Shown here: piece after piece, positions 1 to 12,092 of the stretch
How the letters are laid out: each line of letters begins with the position of its first letter
Position numbering within the stretch: position 1 is the first letter of the stretch
Source: Massalongia carnosa
Lineage: Eukaryota
NCBI GenBank assembly: GCA_965645245.1
Contig: OZ287068.1
Coordinates: 62,001 to 126,000, forward strand
Direction of reading: 5' to 3'
Length of the DNA: 64,000 bases
Notes under the pieces: generated by a model
Seen by the model: only the letters and a program-made list of their open reading frames with translations
What the model was told of the DNA's origin: nothing
Database searches by the model: none
Program-made: the position numbers and the translations under genes

Positions 1-830
1 CATTTTTACTCCGTGAGCTAGAACTGCATAGCCTTCTTTGCGTATCGTCGCTGATGCAGCAACTCTCTTTATCCATTCCGAGTGTGCTTGCAAGGTTTCC
101 TTGACTTCCGGTGTTTTTACGTGAATTTTTAGATCTCCACTTGGTAGTCGTCGGATGCCCGTCACCTCTTCGTTGGAGACTCGTAGGGCGTCTACTATTT
201 CCTTTGTGGTCTTTTTACCTAGGGCTTCCTGCTCCTTGGGGTCTTCTACTCTCACTATGATTTCCTTCATTTTTCTCTTCTCTCTGAGGGTGTTTTCCTC
301 GTTGAAGCCTTGATTCTTCACTTCGGTTTCCTGTCCGCTTTTACGCTTTCCTGCTGCGACCGCCGCGTAGCTGAGAGCCTTGCCGTTATTCTCGCCCTGT
401 TTTTCTATCTTCTTCAATCTTTGCTGAATATCCTGTAATGTATCTTGAAAATTTTCCTTCGTCGACGCGTCGAGCGCGTCGCGTTCCGATGAAGTTTTTT
501 CTTTGAACTCAACAAGATCGAGTATCTGTCAAATTATAGAATAACTAATCCTAAATATCAGTGGTAACTCAGGATGATATATCCGAAAGGTTATTCCGGT
601 CCGACTAGACACGTGGCCTCCCCCCTTAGATAGATTCCCACTTTTCCGCATCCTCCACAATACAATCAACATCTACCCAATTCCCTGATTATGCCTTTTG
701 ACCCTTATATGTTTAACAGTATCCAACGCCTCGCCTCCGCGCCGGCTACAATCACATCTGCTCTTTCCAGAAATTCTCTTGCTTTGCTTGTTAGCTCGTG
801 AGTTTCACTTATCTCTTGCCATTGGGCGTC
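1..830 (-). pseudogene. Tad1-like LINE ORF1 (gag-like) fragment, split by a solo LTR and running off the window edge
   Basis: Removing 527-718 plus one TSD copy restores one minus frame: WQEISETHELTSKAREFLERADVIVAGAEARRWI|LDLVEFK...SYAAVAAG...EIIVRVED...IRRLPSGDLKIHV...GYAVLAHGV. This resembles LINE ORF1 at 43684-45369 (RVLPSGDLQVIV...FGLIAHFV). No in-frame ATG is visible upstream. Confidence 0.75.
527..718 (+). mobile_element. Solo LTR of the Copia-1 family
   Basis: TG...CA, 192 bp. Near-identical to the reverse complement of the LTRs at 6689-6880 and 11900-12092. 5-bp TSD GTATC at 522-526 and 719-723. Confidence 0.95.
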
Positions 831-1218
831 GACACTCGTTGTCGTATTTATTTTTCTGATATTACATTTGTGAGGATTGTGTTAAATGAATTATTTAATC
901 AAGTGAAAACTAACAATTCAACTACATTAGATAAAACATTAAAAACTAACTCTTTCTTTTACTTCAAGTCCTTATGAAAATTTCAACGCGAAAAAGATAC
1001 GACAACCTTTAGGAAAAAATGGCCAGAAATTAAGCAGATCGAACGATAGAAAAGCAATGATAATCTACTACGCTAGGATTTCTCAATTACAATCTCCTTC
1101 ATCTTAAATTGTGTCTTGCATTCCGCATATTTCTTTTAAGAAGAAAATAGAAGACTATTTGAAAGCAACTGTAAATGAAGCATCTCTATTGTATTGATGA
1201 TTGATGAAGGACTTGATA

Positions 1219-4200
1219 TCAGCAAGGTTTCATGGCTGCCTCCAGCAACTGCAAAACCCTCTCGTGAGATTTCCTCAATGCCTGCAGCGAGCTGTCTTTC
1301 ACGTACATGTTCTCTCCTTCATCCAACAACCACTGCATCGTCTTCTCGTAACCTTCCCTTGATGCCTGCAGCGAGCTGTCATTGACGTTCACCCCGTTAT
1401 TCAACAAAAATTGCACTGCCTTCTCGTGATATCTCGATGATGTAGTCAGTAATACGATATCGTTAATTTCCCATTTTTCCCCTAAGCTGCTCTGTATTAT
1501 CCTTATGTGACCTTCCGACAATGTCATTACCAGCAACTTGTCGTTAACTTGCGCTCCATTTTTCAACAAAAACTGCATCGTCTTCTCTTGACCATATATG
1601 CATGCCTTCTGCAGCGCGCTGTCATTTACTTCCGCTCCATTATTCAACAGCAACTGCACGACTTTCTCGTGACCTTCGGACGATGCCGCCTGCAGCGCGT
1701 TGCCATACTCTCCGCCTTGCGCGTTTATGTTCGCTTCGTTGTTCAACAGCAATTGCACGATTTTCTCGTGACCTCCGAACGATGCCGCCTGCAGCGCGTT
1801 GCCATACTCTCCGCCCTGCGCGTTGACGTCCGCTTCGTTTTTCAACAGCAACTGCACGATTTTCTCGTGACCTCCGCACGATGCCGCCTGCAGCGCGTTG
1901 CCAAAGTGTCCGCCTTGCGCGTTCACGTCCGCTTCGTTGTTCAACAGCAACTGCACGATTTTCTCGTGACCTCCGGACGATGCCGCCTGCAGCGCGTTGC
2001 CATACTCTCCGCCTTGCGCGTTCACGTCCGCTTCGTTGTTCAACAGCAACTGCACGATTTTCTCGTGACCTCCGGACGATGCCGCCTGCAGCGCGTTGCC
2101 AAACCGTCCGCCTTGCGCGTTCACGTCCGCTTCGTTGTTTAACAGCAACTGCACGATTTTCTCGTGACCTTCGATCGATGCCGCCTGCAGCGCGTTACCA
2201 AACCGTCCGCCTTGCGCGTTCACGTCCGCTTCGCTGTTCAACAGCAGTTGCACGATTTTCTCGTGACCTCCGTACGATACCGCCTGCAGCGCGTTGCCAA
2301 AGTATCCGCCTTGCGCGTTCACGTTCGCTTCGCTGTTCAACAGCAGTTGCACGATTTTCTCGTGACCTCCGTACGATGCCGCCTGCAGCGCGTTGCCATA
2401 CTCTCCGCCTTGCGCGTTCACGTTCGCTCCGCTGTTCAACAGCAGTTGCACGATTTTCTCGTGACCTCCGCACGATGCCGCCTGCAGCGCGTTGCCATAG
2501 TATCCGCCTTGCGCGTTCACGTCCGCCCCTTCCTTCAATAAGATCATGATAATGAAAAGATGACCGTATTGACTTGCAATATGCAGTAATGATTCATTAT
2601 TCTTATTACGTGTCTCGACATCGAAAACAGCCGTTTCCCACCAATCAAATATGATTTTATTAAATCCAAATGCTGATATTGCCAGTAAAGTTAAAGAAGA
2701 TGGACTAATACTATCAAATACTTTATATACCAGACTGGTACTAAACACCTGCACATCACGATATCTCTTATCTATATCCTTGTCTATTATTTCATGCCAA
2801 CTCTTGTACGCTGGGCTGCTTTCGTTGAAGGATCCAAGGAATTGCTTTAAAAATTATCGTTAAACGAGAATCAATCCTTTCTTTATCGTGGTTTTGTACG
2901 TGATCTGCCCAACAGAATCTTGCGTAGCGAATAATATCGTCGAGTTCTTTGTTTTCGTCTTGCAATTCGGTATTCCGTTTTTGTTGAACTGGATCATCAA
3001 CAAAGACAAACATACTTTCGCTATTAGAGCATTCGCATCATAGTATCCCCAGTGTCTTTCCAGATATTCTTGAACTGATAAGTGGGAAAATCGGCAGATA
3101 TGAAGCTTAGAATCAACGACGATTAAGTTTTGACAAGCGTCGAGAACAAAATCGATATCGACATCCACAGGGTCGACAACGTCCGTGTTGTGATCTTGAC
3201 AAACCCCAGCGATTAATGCTTCTGGCGATAAGGGGACAACGGAATACATAATCCATTGCAATGCACGGTCGGCAATTTCGGGCGCACTTCCATCCTGAGC
3301 CTTAATTCTGCGATATATTTCGTCATATGCCGCATCAAGGTCCTTAGGAAGTTTGCCTAGTCGCTCTTCAATATCGCGTCTACGGGGCAGGAGTTTATGT
3401 AGTTGAATAATCTGCAGAGACGCCCACTGAAACCTATTCTACCCTTAGAAAATCAATGCTAGTGGCCGACGGTTATAGAAACTTACATTCCGTCGCTTTT
3501 GCTCACCAACGTCTCGGAGATGAGCTCTCTAAGTTCGGAACTTATCTTGCAATACCATTCCTTTTTATCTTTGATCTTGTCGTCAACAAACTTTGCTATG
3601 TCCTTCTCATTATCCGTTGCCCTGATTTCCATGTTTAGTCCACCACTAAATCGGTGTTTGATATCTAGGTCTGGCCTGCTCGAGATGAAAATTTTTACGA
3701 AGTTGGAAGACTTGCCGCTGACCAAGATGTCTAACATTTCCATGAAAGGGGCCCTCGTTTCCTTGTTGCACTCATCCAAAGCGTCCACAACTAGCGTGAT
3801 TTGAGGATAAATTTCAACTAGCTGACGTAGAAGATCAAAACTTTCCTCAATCTTGAGCCCTCCTGAGGCAAAGGCATTTCTCTGCTTCAAATCATACCTT
3901 TGAACGATCGGACGCTGGATCTTATTGGTATTTTCGACTCCGGATAGTTGTCGCACAAAGCTGCTCATGATTAATGCTGGGTCTTGACGATTAGGCTGAT
4001 TGCAATCGCAATAAAAGTAAGCCAGCGCCTCGTCATTGGGTTGCTCAGCAAATGTTTTAATCAAGTCGTCGACGACTGTTGACACAAGTTTAGTTTTGCC
4101 AGCGCCAGCTAATGAACACAGTCAGTAGGAAATGCTAGATAAATTTATACACACTTACGCATTCCGTGCAGCCATAATATTGTAGATGCGCTAGACGCAC

Positions 4201-5407
4201 GCCATTCTACATGTCGTTCATGATTCAGCAGCCACTTTCCTGTTCCTTTTGTCCATCCTTTGCGAGCAACATAGTGGATTTCCTCGTAAGGAATGTCGGA
4301 TACCCAAAAAAGTATTTTATTTCGCTTGTCCACTTCATATTCATCGCTCAAAGCACTCACTCGAGCATCGACGCGCAAGATTGGGCTTCTCAAGTCTTCA
4401 AATAAGCTCTTTAGCTTCATATTTGCCTCCCGATCTTGTATGCGATCCAAATTTCTTGCCTCCCGATCTTGTATGCGATCCAAATTTCTTGCCTCCGTAT
4501 CTACTTGGTTTTCTAAGTCCTTGCAACTCTCAACAAATTCGAGAACTTTCGAACCCAACACACTCCCCAGAGTTCGAGATACAGATCCTTTATCATATAA
4601 TTTCTTCGCACGGGCAAGGAATCTTAACACAACGAGATACAAGGCTGTCAACGCCGTTGTCATGTTCTCCATAGCAAGTGTGGACGGTCCGGATACCTCA
4701 GAAGAAAGGTAAAGGCGTTCATATATTGTGCACCGATTGATAAGTTGCGTCCCCTTCTCTCCCCCAACAAGTAAAGCTGCCATCAACTCGCTTTCTCCCA
4801 CCGCCATCTTTTTCAGAGTTAGATCTTTTCAAGATCATGTCAAAGGAAGATCCAATCTCACCTGAAGCAAAAACCTGACTCCCGCCCATGGCAACGCAGC
4901 ATGAACAGGATCGAAATTTACCGCGACGTCTCCAATTTCCTTGAACTTGTTGAGCCCAAAAATAATTTTCTCCGCTAAATCGCGAAGGATGATCTCTCGG
5001 CCGTGAAAATTGAATTTCCATCGTTTCTTGAGGCATTCATCTCGCTTCTGCTGAACGACATCGTGTAACTGTTCCACGATCTCTAGTTTTAAATTCACGG
5101 ATATTTGCTGAATAGCTGCTTTCTCCTCTGACGATAGTTTCTGCAGCGCAATGTACCAGAGACCACTCTGTACATTCTGAGCTTGCGCACCCGTTGAGGA
5201 AGATGCTTCGATCGATCTCGCCTCTTCAGTTGAATCCGGAGCAGATTTAGAGCTCACCTTGACGGTTGACGTCAGAATAGAGGCAGAATTAGGTTTCGTT
5301 GATTGTGTTGTGGAAGATCCTTGCACTGAAACTCCGGTAGAGTCCTGTTTTGCCTTACTAGCCTTGTGACTAAACAAGGACCTACTTTCACGCGAAGAGC
5401 TTTCCAT
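1219..5407 (-). CDS. Fungal NLR-like protein: NACHT_N/Goodbye-like N-terminus, NACHT, ankyrin repeats (two compensating frameshifts near 2975 and 2850; possible pseudogene)
   Basis: Exons 5407-4862, 4807-4159, 4108-3487 and 3433-1219. GT-AG introns at 4861-4808, 4158-4109 and 3486-3434. Splicing reconstitutes Walker A HGMPGAGKT and [10 protein letters not shown]. Walker [11 protein letters not shown]-terminal [17 protein letters not shown] motif. C-terminal ankyrin array. Confidence 0.9.
1636..2526 (-). repeat. Nine tandem 99-bp (33-aa) highly conserved ankyrin repeats
   Basis: Unit A[DN][VI][21 protein letters not shown][IV]VQLLL, nine copies, near-identical at the DNA level and GC-richer than the rest of the gene. 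Confidence 0.95.
4423..4496 (-). repeat. In-frame 33-bp tandem duplication in NLR exon 2
   Basis: ttgcctcccgatcttgtatgcgatccaaatttc occurs twice plus a partial copy; encodes [11 protein letters not shown] twice. Confidence 0.9.
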
Positions 5408-6688
5408 CGAATCCTGCACTAGTAATGATAGTCGTAGCTTTACAACTGCAACAATAAGGCTTTGTGCTGGCAACAGTAGACTCACCAAAACAATACTGAG
5501 GTGTACTGATGGTCAAGAGAGAGTTAAAACTCTCCAAGATAGGTGGGCGCAGCCTGCTGCTTTCTTAGCACTAATTGGTTCAGCACGTTTCACTAGATGC
5601 ATCTAGGCGGCGTAGTCCGGACACGTCATCGCCAATGATTTTCGAGGCATGCCCGTCCTCGTCGGTAGAAAACATAAGGCTACGGAGTACATGTTGTTGT
5701 GAATGAAAGACCATCCATCACAATGAGAATTATTCCACAAGATGCTAATCGAGTTAAACGGGTACGAAGACATTCATGTCCTCCGCACTTCATCAAGTCC
5801 ACAGAATAGTACTAATGAATCAACTTCTCCGAGTATGCATGACCTGATTCTAACGCTGCTTGACGTAGAAGTCGACTTGTCGAATAATAATGTCCACAGC
5901 ACCACTCTTCTATGAGCAATAAGCATTCCCCCATTCTGTATCAAAGATTTCACGATCTGTGCGCGACAGCTCAATATCAAAAGAATGCGTTCTGCTTTTA
6001 AATCTACTGTGCTTTATGCTTACATACATAGCACTCTCCGCAATCGCTGAAGAGCCGAAAGTTACTTCGAGAGGTTCGAATCGTGACTACAGAGTACTGC
6101 CTCTTACTTTGGCATTATTCTTGTCATCATAACCGTCCGTTCTATGTATTGTCTCTTGAGATTCTCATCCATCACTAGGTCATGAGCACGGGTGTCTCTT
6201 TGGTCCCAACTTTGCGCCAAGGAACCCAAGCTTCAGCAGGTTGTTGTCGACAATCTCCTGCTTGTGGGCCTCCATCTCGTCGAAATCCCCAGTTCACACT
6301 GATAAAGCTACCAATTAGATAATCGGCTTTGGGGTCGCAAGGTAGAGCGAGACACCACCGGATTGGATACCCTTATCAAAGGCAAATGAGGTCATGAAGT
6401 CGACTACCGCACCGTGGCTTGTGTTGGTGTTTGGGCTAGGAGGCCAAACCAGAATGTGTCAGGCAGTTGGTGACTGCCTGTTTGGGCCTAGCGTGCATTT
6501 TGGAGTTTTGGTGAAATCTCTGCAGATAGTAAACAAATGAACTATCCCTTCTAAATATTCGTGTCATGCACCAAGGTGGTCAAGTCTCGACCCCAATAGG
6601 TTATAAGAACCCGGATGCACGTACGTACTGCATGACAATAGCATGATTAATTAGTCCACGAGTATTCTAATCGGGACTGTTGACCAGC

Positions 6689-6880
6689 TGTCAAATATAT
6701 AAGGGTCAAAAGGCATAATCAGGGAATTGGGTAGATGTTGATTGTATTGTGGAGGATGTGGAAAAGTGAGAATCTATCTAAGGGGGAGAGCCACGTGTTT
6801 AGTCGGGCTGGAATAACCCTTCGGATATATCATCCTGAGTTACCACTGATGTTTAGGATTAGTTATCCTATAATTTGACA
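6689..6880 (-). repeat. Copia-1 3' LTR
   Basis: Direct repeat of 11900-12092 with a few substitutions and indels. Confidence 0.95.
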
Positions 6881-6906
6881 CACCCCCTCAGATCTAGAAA
6901 CACCGT

Positions 6907-9900
6907 TTATAGATCTGGAATCAGTCCAGTATAATCCCTTATATTTCTCATCTTGATGCTTTGTCCTCCGAAACACGCCACCTGAACGCCCGATTGTGAA
7001 TGCATTAGACGATTTTTCAAACTTTCCATCTTTCGTATCGAGTCCAATCTTTCCGATATGTTTACCAATCCTATCAATCTTAAGAATCCCTCATGCTTCT
7101 GCCTTGATAAGGCCTTCGTCAATCCGTCCGCCGGCATCTTAGCTGTGGCCAACAATCTTATCGACACCCTACCGGCCTGATATTCCTGTCTCAACCAGTG
7201 ATTATGTATGTCCACATGGCGAAGCCGAGTTTGAAGCTTCATATCCTCACTAGTTATCAAGTTGATAGTCTGTTTGTTCTCGCAGTCGATGATCACCGGT
7301 CCCTCCAGTCTCACCTTGATGGCCTTTAACAGTCGTCTTAGATACATTGCTTCTTTGGTGGTGTCCGACAAGGCCAGCAATTCGGCCTCAGAGCTCGATG
7401 TGGTCACCGTCGCCTGTTTGCTTGCTTTCCATGCAACCGGTCCTCCGAACAGCGTCATTATATATCCTTGAGAATTTTTCCTATCCTTGTTGTCCGCGAA
7501 GGACGCGTCGCTAGCACATAGAAACCCTTGTATCCCTTCCTCTTGTTTTCCTTCATATTGAATCGCCAGGGTTTTGGTGGCGTATAGGTATTCTAGGACT
7601 CGCATCGCTGCCTGGTGATGTTCATCGGAAGGATTTATGGAGAATTGGGATAGTTTGGACACCGTGAATGCGATATCTGGTCTGGTGGTTATGGCTGCGA
7701 ATAGGGCTGTTCCCATCCTTTGTTGATATAAGTGAATGGACTGATGGGAAGCTATGTTTTCTGAGACTGTATATTGAGTTGATATCATAGGAGTATCTGG
7801 TAGTTTCTTATCTAGTTGAACATCGAATTTATTAGCCATCTTATCAATATACGCCTCTTGGGATAGCCATAGAAGTCGTTTAGACCTATCTCTTATGACT
7901 CTGATTCCTAAGAACCATTCGATTTCCCCCAGTGATTTCATGGTGTATATTGAACATAAATGCTCGATGGCTTTCAAGGCCTGACCCTCGATCGATTTGT
8001 GGTAACAAAATACCGTGTCATCTACATAATAGAATACTAGGATTCCGCCTCTCATCATTATACATGATTCTTGAGGTATGGCCCTAAATTTCATGGATTG
8101 AAATGTTTTTGACAGACGCTTCTGCCTTAGACATGGTGACCGTCTCAGGCCGTAGAGTGCTTTTCTCAGTCTTAACACATATTTTTGTTTTAGACCACAT
8201 CTCTGATTTAACCTCTTCCACCTTTGAGCTTTACTGTCCGGGACTATACCGATTCAAGGGTGATCAGTCCTTGTCGACTAGTTCTCCAGAATGGTTTCTC
8301 ACCTAGACTGGCCGCGTTTTCTCTTGGGTGTGAAGGACTTCCTTTTACAGAAGTCATCATTTCACCAGGGGTCGCCGCTGTTTGGTCTTCTGATAGAGTC
8401 GTCCTCTTTTCAGTGCCCGCCCGCTCGACGGCGAATGCGAATGCCTACCTGTGAATGGATAATATGGTGGAATACGTATGTATACCACCTCGTCCAGCGG
8501 CCAGTTGACAAATGCATTTACTGCATCGAGTTGTCTAGTTTCTAGATCATACTTCGCAACTAACGCCATCATGGACCTGAATGCTGAGCTGGCCAAAGTG
8601 GTGGCTCGTGTTGGTAGTTCCCCAACCTCTTGTTGATTCCCACATACTACTAATCTAGCTTTGCATTTTACCAAATAGCCATCACTGTCTGTCTCGTAGG
8701 TGAAAACCCACATGCAGTCCAGCACTTGATGTCTTATGGTATGCTTGCTTTCGACTAGTTCAAACGTCTCCATCTTCTCATGCTCACCGAGATGTTCTCT
8801 GATGGCATCGATGAAGTGAGACTCGAACATGTGACCCTCCAGGTCACGTATGGTTTTGGGAGGTGGGGGTAGATTCAACTTATGGAACTTACTGAACAAC
8901 CGACCAGCGGCAAATGCCCCGAGTTCTGATGTTTGGATGCGTGGTGCTTCTTTATTGATATAGATATTATCGTCGAAGTCACATTGAAAGCAGCTTGCCT
9001 CATGTATATCTTCAATTTCTAACCGAGCATGAAGTGCCATGGCTAATTCGCCATCCTCATCTGGTGGTGGTGTTGGTAATCCACGTTCTTGTTCCTCTGC
9101 TTGGCGTAGATCCTCGATCAATTTGTCTGGTCTATCAAGCCTATCGACGTCAGATATATCCTCTGCTTCATCATTATGATACTCCAGTATCTCCACATCT
9201 TCCTCTAAGATGCCTTCATTTATGGCTTCAGCCACTGGCAACTCGATCCTATTTATGATGGTCTCTCTCTCTACTTCAGACGTTCCTTCTTCGGGTAACT
9301 GTCCTTCGTAGAATCTGGACTCATCGAATATCACGTCTCGTGTGGAGATGACACTAAGTCTTTCTGGTATCCACACTCTAAAGATATTCGTCGATCGGTA
9401 TCCTACCAGGTGTCCTATATATGCACGGGGTTGGAGTTTCTGTCGTCTGTTCTTATGAAGTTGAGCGTCCTCAGTCATCGCATATGCTCTGCAGCCATAG
9501 GCCTTTAAATGGGCCAATTGAGGTTTGGTTTTGTAGAATGTTTCGAACGGTGATTTCCAGGACTGAGCCTCTCTAGGAGTCCTATTATGTAAATACGTTG
9601 ACGCATCTATTACCTCCTTCCAGAGATTTGATGGTAACTTAGCTCCTATTGACATCGCCCTCGCCTTCGTCACTATCACACCCCCTGAACGTTCCGCTAC
9701 ACCATTTTGTGCTGCAGTTCTAGGAGCGGAAGGTTCGAATTCTATCCCTACCGATGACAACCACTTGTTGGTACGCTTTCTATTCAACTCCAAATCTGAC
9801 CGTATCCTTTCTATCAGTAGGTTCCGTTGCTTGCACCACGCCATTAGGTCTTTGAGAATCTTGAGGGTTTCTGACTCCTCTCCGTGTGTTGACATGAAAT

Positions 9901-11815
9901 AAGGTATGACTAATCCAGTATATTTGTCTGTGATAAACATTGTTCGTATAAAACCATCCATGGCCTTATCGAAATCCGTCCAATCTATGTGCAGTTCCTG
10001 GAATGGCTTCGTTACTTTTCTATTTCCTGGCCGACGTGATATTTGTCTATGCATCTTTGCCAGACTACACGCCTCACACTGAGTGGTCGATGGCCCTAAT
10101 AGTGTAACACCTAATGAGTTCTCTCCTAGTTTGTGAAGGCTTATTGGTCCAGGATGTCCCATACGACAATGCCAGATGAAGGCATCTCCCTTTGAGGAGG
10201 ATCTAGGTTTTCCTGAACGACGACGATGTATTGGAGTTATTAGCAATGCGGCCTTACTAGATGAATCTGACCTTTGGAATGCAGGAAGTTCGTCAACTTG
10301 ATGAATCAGACAAATTGTCCTTCGTCCTTTATTAGTCTTCTTGTATAGAACATTCCTTTCCGTGTCCCAGTATATATCTCTCTTTCTTAGTTGTTGAAAC
10401 GACACTAGATTTACCACGAAGTCCACACAATATGCCACGTTCGATAGTCTCATCACCCCCTCAGATTTATCTTCTCGGAGTATAGGTATTCTGACACTAC
10501 CGTAACCAAGGATTGGAATGCTTGATGATCCGGCTTGTATGTATATGATCTTTGATGCTTTAGTGAAGTTCTGGAAACGAGCTATGTCATTGAAGACATG
10601 TATGGAGGCTCCGAAATCTAGGATGTCGTCAGGCCATGAAGAAGGAAGTGATGTTTCGGATTGATGATTTAGAAGGAATGCAGCGTCTATTGATTCGTTT
10701 TGATTCTGATGATCCACCGACGTTGATTCGTGAAGATCTTGGTGGTCCACCAACGATATTTGCTATGGTGGAATCTCCTCAACCTTCTTTTTATCCTTCC
10801 TTATCCTTTCGACTTCTTTTTTTAACTTCCTGTCCTTATCCACTCTATTGTTTACCTCTTTAGTTTTCCTTTTCCCTCGAGTGTAGTCATCTGGTTTCCC
10901 TTCTGGGAATATAAACCAACAGTTCTCGAGATCATGGCCTGGTCTTTCACACGCAGGGCATATCTTATCGTGCCTTTTCCCTCCACGGTGAGATTGTCCA
11001 GTTGTATTTGCCCTCTTTCTCTAAGTGGCTGTATTGGCTACTTCTTCTAGTAGGCCATCTTCGTCTTCGTCGTCCACTAACGTCTGGAACGCGGCTCCCC
11101 GGACCGTCTGCTTCACTCCATCTCTCAAGTATTCTCGGATTTCTCGTAGGACTTCTGGATATTGCGATATGTCATTTCTTGCGGCGTCGTTGCCTCTGGA
11201 TCGAAGTGCATAGGATAGTTCTGGTGCGTGTGGTTTCATCCACGACGACATATTTCCAAGCCATATTCCGTGCTTGAGCTCCGACAAATCGTGTTGTCGG
11301 GCCTTGGCTACTACCTTCTCCCACTTATCCAACCAGTCTAGTGGTTTCGCCTTCATCCTAAGCAACTTATCATATTTCTCCTTCGCCAACGCCATGAAAT
11401 GTCCCGTCGGAGGTGCCATAAGGTTTCTTAAGATAATGAGACACTCCTTTACTGACATACTTGCTTTCAGGCTCGTTCGGTTTGTGATCGGAACTGTTTC
11501 TACTATGTGTTTTCTTATCGTCGTCAACGAGGTTTCTTGTCTTATATAGTCTTTCTGATCCGACTCGTAAAGTTTTCCTGCATTATCGAACATTCGCTGA
11601 TTTGCGGCTGAGAGGTTTGTGTATAGTGTCTCTCCTTGTACTATATCTGCTACTACCGGCTTGTAGGGAGCTGCCGCAGGAAGAACAGTAGGTTGGTCTG
11701 GATCTGCCATATTCCAAAACTCGTTAGCTGATATCGTTTTCAATTCATCATACCACGTCTCCCAATCCTCTGATGTCTCGAGGATTGTCCTCATCGTTTT
11801 GGATTCTGCTGCCAT
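6907..11815 (-). pseudogene. Copia-1 gag-pol in pieces (11815-11021 gag; 10753-8357 PR-IN-RT N-terminus; 8178-6907 RT-RNase H)
   Basis: Zinc knuckle CPACERPGHDLENC (~10960-10918, shifted frame). ILDFGASIH protease. WHCRMGH...CEAC integrase HHCC and QNGVAER. KARLVVCGNQQ, LDAVNAF, KALYGL, YVDD. RNase H ASDASFAD...SSSEAE. Confidence 0.9.
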
Positions 11816-11899
11816 TTTCGCGATTACTGTCTCGTTGAATTTAAGAATCTAATGCTCTTGACGATTTGCGGTGTCTTTACGACTCTCCGGGCTCATAAC

Positions 11900-12092
11900 T
11901 GTTAAATATATAAGGGTCAAAAGGCATAATCAGGGAATTGGGTAGATGTTGATTGTATTGTGGAGGATGTGGAAAAAGTGGGAATCTATCTAAGGGGGGA
12001 GGCCACGTGTCTAGTCGGGCCGGAATAACCCTTCGGATATATCATCCTGAGTTACCACTGATGTTTAGGATTAGTTATCCTATAATTTGACA
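11900..12092 (-). repeat. Copia-1 5' LTR
   Basis: Direct repeat of 6689-6880. Confidence 0.95.

Larger units (their letters stand above)
6689..12092 (-). mobile_element. Ty1/Copia LTR retrotransposon (Copia-1), frameshifted
   Basis: LTRs at 6689-6880 and 11900-12092 (TG..CA). PBS-like GTTATGAGCCC on the minus strand next to the 5' LTR and purine tract GAGGGGGTG before the 3' LTR. Domain order gag-PR-IN-RT-RH. Flanking 5-mers differ (ccagc / gatgg). Confidence 0.95.

Noticed and set aside
1507..2549. Several long overlapping ORFs on other frames
   Set aside because: They are shadows of the GC-rich 99-bp ankyrin repeats.
6000..6450. Possible membrane-protein remnant (FGIILVIITVRSMYCLLRF, RTA1-like)
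   Set aside because: It is one short hydrophobic segment with no reconstructable ORF; too weak to call.
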